A stretch of 64,000 nt of DNA from Adineta vaga (Eukaryota > Animalia > Rotifera), in assembly GCA_021613535.1 (NCBI GenBank), contig CP075492.1, positions 19,902,001 to 19,966,000 of the forward strand. The letters run 5' to 3'. Positions 30,001-38,500 of this stretch are shown piece after piece. A program made the position numbers and the translations under genes. Within the stretch, counting starts at the first letter, position 1, and every line of letters starts with the position of its first letter. The notes beneath the pieces are model-generated. The model was not told the origin of the DNA. It saw nothing but the letters and a program-made list of their open reading frames with translations, and searched no databases.

Positions 30001-31671
30001 ATACATTACATCGCAAAAAATACTGGATGATTGCCGATTAAAATCGGATTTGAAGAATTTCAATCGACTATATTTTTGACTTTTCTACTACATAGACATA
30101 CCTTCATTTATAATAGTCGGTAATCTGTGAAAGATTACTCCTTGCATTTCTTCAACTTCTTCAGGCAGAATGAGTGATAATTTGCTGATAGATATACTAT
30201 ACTGATTATGGATTGGTTCATCAACTACTGGAGAGCAAAACATTTGTGTAAGTATATGTTTGAAACGCCTTGCAAGCAAATCCACATTAGCTTGATATTT
30301 GAACATATCCGCCGAACAAGTCAAGAAACACTTCGTACTTCGTGCATAATGATCATGTGATAGTATGAAAGTCAAATCAAATAACGCTGTTCCATTGCCA
30401 TGAGATGTATCTTGATCATAATAGGCACCGAGTACACAACCTTCATTCACAGTTATCTCTGTGTTAGTATTTTGTGTTACTGTTGACACCAAAGATTCAT
30501 ACTGGAATGATGTTGAAGGTAATGCATGTTCTCGTTTACCTTGTGTTTCAATAATCTGTTGATAAGGCAAAGAAGCATGTTCCAAAACATCAGTGCAAAG
30601 TTGTTGTACTTTTTGTACAAAGTGATTAAATGAATTATTTGGTTCAATTTTAATTCGATATGGTACAAGATTAACAAACATACCAATCATAGTTTTCGTC
30701 TCTTCTTTCGATCGATTAGCTATAACACCTCCCACACACAAGTCATCGTCATCATTGGTTAATTTGAATAAAAATGCATAGTAACATGCAAGAGTTAGTG
30801 CAAACATAGTAATATTATTTGATGATGCAAATATCATCATAGCATCAACAATATCTTGTTCAATATGAAATGCCACGGAAAGACCACGACCAGAGCGAAT
30901 TTGATTGTTTGTACTTTCATCAGGTACTAAATGTTGTATGCGATTCCAGTTATACCCATGCATAAGACCTGACCAAAATCGCCGTGCTTTATTCATTTTG
31001 GAATCTACACTTGCATCGGATAACATCGCTTGTTCATGCAAGGCAAAGTCGATATATTGTGGAATTGTCAATGTAGGTTGATGATCGTCATCAGCACAGC
31101 ATGCTTGTTCAAAAGCATTGACAAATGCTTTAACTGAACTTAGATCAAACGCAATGTGGTGAACAGTAAAAATAATAAGATCGCCTTGATGTAATGAATG
31201 ATCATGAGTTTCAGTACTCTGTTGTACTACATGGCACCGCAAGACTTTCCCCTTTTCAACATCGAAATGCTTTTTGATAGATTCGTTTGTAAGTAGATCA
31301 TTGAGTTGTTCTGATGTCGAAATGCCCTGCGAACATTGAAACGAGTAGATGTCATCGGTAAGTGGTTGTATATATTGTTCTATTTGATTACTTAGTTGAT
31401 TCCAATGAACAGCAGTTCGTAAAACTGTATGCTGTTCTATTACCAAGCGTAATGATGAACGAATATGTTCTATTGGTACTGAGCCATATTTAACTCTCAT
31501 TGGAACCAAAATATTGTAGACAGACAAGTCAGAAACACGAAAATAAAGCTGTTCGTGCAAGTAAATACGCTGTTGAAGGAACGATGCTACAGCCTCTGTT
31601 CGACCAGAAGGTGTGAGCCGTTGAACTCCATGCCGAGTTGCTGACAACGTTAAATGCTTTTTTGGAAACAT
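1..31671 (-). CDS. Giant multimodular non-ribosomal peptide synthetase, C-[C-A-T-C]x3-C-A..., at least 24 exons, 3' end beyond the window; one +1 frameshift near 25376-25379
   Basis: Exons read by eye with GT-AG introns: 31671-30102, 28532-27969, 27914-26821, 26764-26465, 26401-26071, 26011-25006, 24949-23441, 19190-18627, 18572-17479, 17422-17123, 17068-16738, 16683-15679, 15619-14111, 9728-9159, 9096-8009, 7950-7651, 7598-7271, 7222-6218, 6162-4678, 3066-2503, 2448-1355, 1292-993, 929-599, 539-<1. Motifs: A3 YIIFTSGSTGxPKA, A5 YGPAETT, A7 YRTGDL, A8 GRKDHQIKLHGQRIELGEIE, A10 NGKIDRK, T-domain GGHSL, C-domain HHxxxD and IGMFV(N/S)xxP. Confidence 0.93.
1311..1343. repeat. (CATTCT)n microsatellite in a homologous NRPS intron (5 units here, 4 units near 17441 and 26783)
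   Basis: Direct reading; accounts for the 62-bp versus 56-bp intron length. Confidence 0.85.
3618..3762. mobile_element. Small MITE with CAAGGGGA termini
   Basis: caagggga...tccccttg ends with internal tactcc/ggagta inverted motifs; no target-site duplication (TSD) visible; termini resemble the element at 19834-20060. Confidence 0.55.
3762..4360 (+). mobile_element. Degenerate Ty3/Gypsy-type integrase fragment in an NRPS intron
   Basis: Translates with stops and frameshifts to YITTASYHSVNNELAKRFVRSFK...FR*CPHTS...LFRHSIRT...KFSVGRLVW...IGSMLYEV...VRYSP, matching the retroviral-type integrase C-half (PYHPxSNGxAER, YRxTPH). A possible LTR remnant ends at ...ataaca 4507. Confidence 0.75.
4678..9728 (-). 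CDS. NRPS cassette 3 (C-A-T-C), the most divergent copy; A-domain code about DVMACGIVVK
   Basis: Six exons with the same intron positions; C HHASFDFPS, A5 variant NIYAPAETT, T FTIGGHSL, C HHAFFDGAS. Confidence 0.9.
9987..10200 (+). mobile_element. Non-autonomous Helentron/DINE-like element, copy A
   Basis: T-run start, hairpin gtgtactca-aaaag-tgagtacac (9992-10014), gtctgtatgtcc motif, and the core atatct...cgagttcgaagatgag shared with three other copies. Confidence 0.6.
10333..10700 (+). repeat. Degenerate tandem repeat, three units of about 130-140 bp, with a fourth unit near 11730-11825
   Basis: Recurring ctgggtgaaattt(c/t)accca...tttcctagg at about 10333, 10471, 10598 and 11732. Confidence 0.7.
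10977..11180. mobile_element. piggyBac-type MITE
   Basis: TTAA on both sides (10973-10976 and 11181-11184); 15-bp terminal inverted repeats (TIRs) cccttcgtcgttgtc / gacagctacgaaggg with 2 mismatches. Confidence 0.85.
12154..12436 (+). mobile_element. Helentron/DINE-like element, copy B
   Basis: Shared core with copy A; 3' gcagtacaca sub-terminal motif and hairpin ttcggat-aaa-atccgaa. Confidence 0.6.
14111..19190 (-). CDS. NRPS cassette 2 (C-A-T-C); A-domain code begins DVLQCSI
   Basis: Six exons with the same intron positions as cassette 1 and an open frame throughout; T FTIGGHSL. Confidence 0.9.
19333..19802. mobile_element. Foldback MITE with inverted arms of about 200 bp, CAC termini and TA flanks
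   Basis: ta|cacgctaaataaaaaa ... tttttttatttagagtg|ta; the arms produce the mirror-image ORFs MSKASECVDK on both strands. Confidence 0.85.
19817..20270 (+). mobile_element. Helentron/DINE-like element, copy C, interrupted by a MITE
   Basis: tttttgtgtactcaaaa [insert] ...agtgagtacac...gtctgtatgtctgtccgtccgtcc...gtcgagttcgaagatgag. Confidence 0.6.
19834..20060. mobile_element. MITE with TIRs of about 19 bp and internal AAGTA(C/G) repeats; possible 8-bp TSD (hAT-like)
   Basis: caaggggaaaaggcagact ... agtctgccttttcccccttg, flanked by actcaaaa / acttgaaa. Confidence 0.75.
21945..22228 (+). mobile_element. Helentron/DINE-like element, copy D (paralogous with copy B)
   Basis: Collinear with 12154-12436, including about 280 bp of flanking sequence. 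Confidence 0.6.
22441..22648 (+). mobile_element. tRNA-derived SINE-like element
   Basis: tRNA-like head with A-box-like tggttggttgatt and B-box-like gttcaaacc, a GC-rich 3' body and an (ATT)n tail. Confidence 0.6.
23088..23279. mobile_element. Short foldback MITE
   Basis: tctaaaaaagaggaattttaccgaacct ... aggttgggtaaaattcatctttttttaga, with inner gaagatcctttg / caaaggatcttc. Confidence 0.7.
23441..28532 (-). CDS. NRPS cassette 1 (C-A-T-C); A-domain code about DIQHCSLIDK (Ser-like)
   Basis: Six exons; C HHATFDVPS, A core motifs, T FTLGGHSL, C HHAFFDGAS. The A/T exon is 1006 nt versus 1005 nt in cassettes 2 and 3, matching the extra A in GGTAAAAGTCGAT. Confidence 0.88.
30102..31671 (-). CDS. 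NRPS exon 1: divergent N-terminal (starter-like) condensation domain
   Basis: 527-aa ORF with ASFLQQRIY, HHIAFDLSS and IGMFVNLVPYR motifs; ends in a phase-1 donor (GAA G|gtatgt at 30101). The start codon is uncertain. Confidence 0.85.
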
Positions 31672-32558
31672 ATTTTGTGATGAATAAATAGAGAAAAATA
31701 TCTATTTATAATGCAAGAAAACCTATTGTAATCTACAAGTTGTAAAACAAATAGAAAAATTATATATAAATGATAAAATGAGCTAATAACTGAAGTGAGA
31801 TATTGTAAAAACATCAAAAAGATGATTTTGTGGAGACACATGCATTACGAGCACAAATGAAGGATCAATTCTTCTTTTTCGAAATAAAGGACATCGCTAT
31901 ACATAAAACTGATTTTTTTCTTTCATCTTTCTTAAACATGTCATAATTTGCTATTCGCAACGGAACTTTGAGCGACTTGTCAAGACTTCGAGAAACTAAA
32001 TTATATATATTTTTCACAGATATCTATACACATATCATATAACAACATTTCACAAATACATAAGAAAAACAAATGAGACATTATAATATTATATTAAATA
32101 GTAAGAAAAAGAACATGTTATTAATATATCTAATGACTAAATACGAAAAATATTCATAAACAAAAGTATGTTGTGAAACAAATATCATATTATAATAGAT
32201 ACACTTAGAATACAAAATTGGTTAGAATGTTTGTGGTTACTTAAGATAGAATGAAATATCTCTTAAATAATGTATCGTATAAAAAACTTATGTTCTTATG
32301 ACATAAGTCAGTATTTCATCTAATCTTATCAGTTATAAAGTTCGAGTTTTTGAATGTTTAAAGTCTCTGTAAAATGTATAATAAAACATAGTCCTTATCA
32401 GGCCTAAGCTATTTACTTTCGAGTTTTCAAATTTAATATTCTATAAATGTCTCTATAGTGTGATATTTGATAAATGTTAGAGTTAGTATATGAAAACAAA
32501 ATCTCAACTGACCCAATCATTAATGTCTAAAAAGTAATAATTGTTAATGTTTGTGATT

Positions 32559-35500
32559 CTAACCATCCATGAGAAGCAATTCAACATCATTAATTACAAA
32601 ATGATCCTTGAGTTGTCGTATCATTTCACGAGCAATGACTTCTTCTTGTTTATTTCGAATTGTCATCAATTGATAAGGTCCACGTGGCTGAATACGACGC
32701 ATTTGTGCAATCATCTCTCGAGCACAAGTAGAGATACTTGTTGCCGATAGATTTGAAGGTATTTGAATAACATAAGTGGAAGCCCGTGCTTTTTGAGTTT
32801 TTTGTCCATCTATATCGTTGATAAATAGTGCAAACAACGACTCATCTTTATTGGTAGTCGACTTCTCTGCAATACAAAATCTAACAAGACTATCATGTTG
32901 ATGTCTACGTTGAAGACAAATGATATTTTCTGTGCCAGTATACATAGACGACATATTGGATGATATAGTATCATTTTCTTTGACAATATCAATATTCATA
33001 TCTTGTTCTTTATTAGCCGATGATACAACTTCATAACGTTCATTTAGTTTTTTATGAATAACTGTTGCAATTGTTTCAATAGAAAATCCTTGAAGAAGAT
33101 CAACTAATGGTATAAAAATACCAGTCTCTTGTCCTAACCAATTGTATAATGAAAGTGCTGCTAATGAATCCATACCTTGACTAACGAGTGAACGATCAAT
33201 TAAAATACGATCAACATTAGTTGCCCCTAGAAGTCTTGATACAGCTGCTTGAGTTCGTTCAATAATAGTTTCTTTCTGATTGAAATTCGAGTCAGTTGTA
33301 ATATTAACTCCTGATGATGTTGTTAAGGCATTTGTAAGATTCATAGCTGCATATCGTTCTTCTACTATTTTACGTAAATGAAATGTCGGTAACTTCTGAT
33401 GTCTTTGATACAAAGTCTGCCAATTAGCAGCAAAAACAACAGGACATGGACAATTTTTTGATTTGCTAGAAATTGTTCGATCAATTCAAAAACGACTACT
33501 GTTGGTACTAATTCAAAACCTTGTGTAACCTGTAAACTTATCAGTGCATCTCGATGTCGATGAAACATACCAGCACCACTTACAGCTGGTAAACCGACTG
33601 AAAGAGCTGGTATATGGAGTTTTGTCACACGATAATGAGCTAGAGCATCAAGAAACTGATTACCAGCATTATAACTGGCAGCTGCTAATTCAAGTAAATG
33701 ATTTCGAATTGATGAGAACATAATGAAAAAATGAATCGGGGCATGAGTAAGTTGTGTCACTTGATGAAGTATCCAAGCACCACGAACTTTAGCTGCTAAA
33801 ACACGTGTCAGATGTTCTTGTGTTAAATTAGCTAAAGAACGATCCTCTGCAACAACAGCAGTATGAATAATACCACGAACAGGATGAGAAGTTCTATTTA
33901 GATTTTCAATAAGTTGATGAACTTGATTAAAATTTGTTACATCAACTTGAACAACATCAACATAAGCATTATATGTCTTAGATATTTGTTTTAATTTTAA
34001 CCACTCATTATATTGTGGATCAGAAGGTTGTTCAAGTTCAATTAATGTTCGACGACTCATAAGTGTTATATATTTAACACCACGCTTTTCTATCATCCAA
34101 CGAGACATTGTCAATCCAAGACCACCAAAACCACCAGAAATTAAAATTGTTCCTTGTTGACAAACTTCCACAGGAAACATAATATCATTATCTAAAATTA
34201 CAATTCGATAGAAAAGAAAATGAAAGAATAAATAAATCTGAATTACCTGTCGATAAATGATCAGTAGACGATTTGTGAGTTATATTTAATGGTTCATTAG
34301 AGTTAGTTAATCGAACAGCAGATTTGCCCATAGCTTGACCACTATTACATCTCATACACGCTTCTATGACTTGGGATGGTTCATAGATAACTGTTGGTTC
34401 AATTGGTTTTAATTTACCTTGTACAAACAAATCAACCATTTCTTGTAACATAACAGTACAAATATCTTGCTGTTTGTCAGAAAGTGAAATCAAATCAATA
34501 ACATGCATACTACAATCAGAACGTAAATCAAACAGTGATAAAGCAGTCTTATCAAAAACATCTCGTTTGCCTCATTCAACAAAATGGCCATGAGAAGCAA
34601 GTAATTTAATGGATTGTTTAAGAAGAGGACCAGACAACGAATTAATAACGACATCAACACCATTAGGTAGAATAGTTAGTACATCATTAACAAAAGAAGC
34701 ATCTCGACTATTGAATACATATTCAACATTTAAACGTTCACGAAGAAAACGTCGTTTTTCTTCACTTCCAGCTGTGGCTATAACACGAGCACCAATATAT
34801 TGACAATATTGAATACAAATTTGACCAGCACCACCTGTTGCAGCATGAATGAGAACAGTTTGACCAGCTCGTAAATGAACGCGATATTTAAGGGAATAGA
34901 TTACTGTTAAACATACAACAGGCATAACTGATAATTGTTCATCGGTGAAAAGACATTCAGGTGGAATACATACAATTTGTGATGAATCAAGAACAATATG
35001 TGAATGTAATGAACCACGATCCGATATACCAACAACATGATTACCGGGTTGAAACTTCGTTGTAGAACATGCACGTACAATAATGCCAAAAAAATCTGAA
35101 CCAGGTTCTGTATCTCGATCAACATGTGGTTGATCTTGATCAAGCTGTGCAAAAGTACGTGTATGTGGATAAAGACCTCGTGCTTTAAGTACATCACGAA
35201 AGTTAATTCCAACACAATGAACACGAATCTCAACTTACCTGGTGATAATTCTCTTACTCTTTTATCACTAGTCCATGTTAAATCATTAAGAAAACGAGAT
35301 GGAGGAACAAGAAGACGAAACGGATATTGATCAGCGTCTCTTTGAGGATTAATACAAATTTGTTGTTGTTGTTGGAATTTAGATTTTTCTTCTTCATTTT
35401 CTTCTTGTTTTTCTAACATTTCATAATGCCATGTCAGATGTTTGATTGATTGATTTTGATTTGTTTCGAGACGAAGAACAACTTCATCCATTGTATTTGA

Positions 35501-38500
35501 ATATCGACAAGTAACAAGATATTGTGCTAAAGCGTGAGCAAGTGTTTCTTCGTCCAATAAAGAAGATGAAGATGATTGAAGATCAATAAGTTTCAATCGA
35601 TGTTGATCATATTCAATCATCAGACTACGTGTAAGACCGATGAGAGGTGATGCAATTATATTACAATTAGATTCGATATTCAACTGACCATGTCGTGTAA
35701 TAACGAACACAAATGGACGAAAGTTAGGAGATGTTGCTTGGATTAGTTGAAGAAGCTGAATAAATGAGCCTAAAATAGATTCTTCATGTTGTTTAAATAC
35801 CAAATCACTGTTGTCAGCGTCTATGCAAGTTTGTTCATATGACCAAGCAAAAACAACATATAGTTGCTTATATTTACTCATCATCATTTGAATTGTAGAA
35901 CGAATTATTTCCATTTTTGAGTTACACATATCAAAAAATCGAACGTTAGAACATGGCAAAAGTGATGCTGTAGTATGTCCAAGACTGTGAAGATCATTTT
36001 TGGCGAAAAATAGCCATGCTTGATGTTTTCTTTCATCAAGTGTCTTTAATATTTCGTGAGATGTTGTCTTTTGAAAGATAATTAATGCACTTTCAGGTTG
36101 ATTCAATATTGTTTCAATACTCGTAGACCCACCTAATTCTCTTAAAGTTGTAGTCCATTGATGAACATTATTTAATACACGAACATTATCCGATAATGAC
36201 CACCATTGATCAAGTAAACCGAAGATTAGATCAAAATAAAGAGGGACATCAATTAATTCGAGTAATAGAAGAAGGCCATTAGGGATAAGTAGACGACGAA
36301 GATCGATTAGAGATTTCATCAAATCCTGGCTTCCTTGCAATTCATTTGCAGCAAACACAACATCAAACGATTCGACTGGTATCTTTTCTAGAATTTCACT
36401 GTTGAACAAGTCATATGTTTGATCATATGTAATAGACAAATGAGTTTGATCAGCTAAATGTGTTTGAAATAGTTGTTCAGCGTGTGTGAGTTGCACCGGA
36501 TCTGATTCCATATAATGTAGATCGATCCATAGACTTGTTTGCTGTGATAAGTTAACTAATAGATGAAGAACAGGTAGAGCATCCAAATGTTCACCGCTGG
36601 CGATCCAAAATATACGTAATCGACGGTTAGTAAGAGATTCACAACATATTTGATCGTATTGTTGCTGGAGTTGTTGACCTATTGCATGGAATATTCTTTG
36701 TGTTTTATTTGCACTAATAATACTTTTTATTTGTTGTAATGTTTGTTCAGTTTCATCATTCCCCAGAAATACATCTATTCCACTTTGTTGTCCACTAAAA
36801 ACTTCTTTTAGATGTAAACCATAATTGTTCATTGAGATTAACAGTGGCTTGAGACGAGGAAAACGATTGAATAAATTCATAAGACGAAGTTGCGTTGAAT
36901 GCAATGTCACTTGCTCGGATATATGTGAGGTAAGAGATTGACACGTATTGAACAACAAAAGATACTGGCGATCGATGGCATTCACATCAAGTCCTTCTAT
37001 GGCCATTTGAGCATAACAAGCAGCCAATTCATTGAACGGTTCAATGGATTCGATTAAATCATGATTAGTAATAGTGTTAATCGCATTTTCAAGAATTTGC
37101 TCAGGCGATGGAAGTAGATCAGCTATACTTTTTATTATCGGTAAATTAAGCCATGTTCTTTTCATGCAATAATCCTTTATAATTATATTTAACTGTTCAC
37201 CATGATCTGCGTTAGGTAACTCAATAGCTGTATTTAATTTATCAAAAATAGATTTTTCTAATGTCCATCGACCAGATCGTACACCTTGAACTCGTTGAAC
37301 AGTAAGACCTTCAAATTTACACATGATGTCTGCTGACAGAGAGTTTTTGTCAGTATTTGAAAGAACCATTAAATCACAAGTATATGTTCGTTCTTGACTC
37401 AAACCGTAAACACTGTCATGAAAATTACCACGCATCTCAATATTGGAATGAGATATGTTATTATTGTCTGTATAACTTACAAATTTTTGAATACCAACTG
37501 GAAGAAATGTTGCATTCGCACCAGGTAATAAAGCTAAGAGTGGATGAAAACAAGCATCAAGTAATGATGGATGAAGTAGATAATAAGAAGAATGATCACT
37601 GATTTTACTAAGAGCATTTGAAATTTGAGCTGTAACTGTTGTTGATGTACCTTGTAAGAAGTGCATGTTTTGAAATGAAGGTCCGTATTGATAACCTCTT
37701 GTTGATAAATGACTATAGACATTTGATACATCATATGCCGACCACGTTTGATCGTGAACTTTATTAGTAGTAATTACTGTGGTTGATTTGTGTTGAGTAC
37801 TATCTATAGTAATTCGACCATGAGCATGTAAAATGAATTCATTCAGAGAATATTCACTAAGAGTCTGTTGATCAAGAAAAGAATCAATGAAATCAGTACT
37901 AGCCATACCTAATGAACGCATACAGTCTGGACCGACTGTCGACCATGGTCGACTGTAAATGAACCATTCACGTGTTGACTTCATAATTTGTGTAAATACT
38001 TCTGTCAATTCATGTTCACTAAGAAGTAGTGGTTTTACAAATTTACTTTCTTCTAAAATAATTAAAGATTGTTTATTATTATCTGATGATAGAAATAATT
38101 GTCGACAACCAGCTGTAACCATTTCAAGTAGTGCAACAGCAGGATATAGAATAGTATCTTGAATTTTATGGTCTTTTAAAAATATATATTTTGGTAAATT
38201 AATATTAATAAGACTTCTCCATGTAGCATTTGTTTGTCCAGTTAATTGACGAACACCAAGTAATGGATGAGTAGGAATACGATTAGCTAGACGTTTTATA
38301 GCTGCATCCTTTGATTCATACCAACATGGAGTTAGATTAAATGTATAGAGAGGAAAATCATCAAAGAATGCTGCATCTTCTTTCGAAGGTAAAATATATC
38401 GCATATGAAAATATTGTTTCCACATATCAGATGATGTTATTAATTGTGCTAGACTTGTCAGTAATGTTATTTGTTCATTTTCTTTTCGTTTCAATGTTGG

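Noticed and set aside
34572-34574. TGA read as Trp or Sec
   Set aside because: Trp is TGG elsewhere, TGA ends the kinase gene, and no SECIS evidence was seen; a TGG-to-TGA mutation is simpler.
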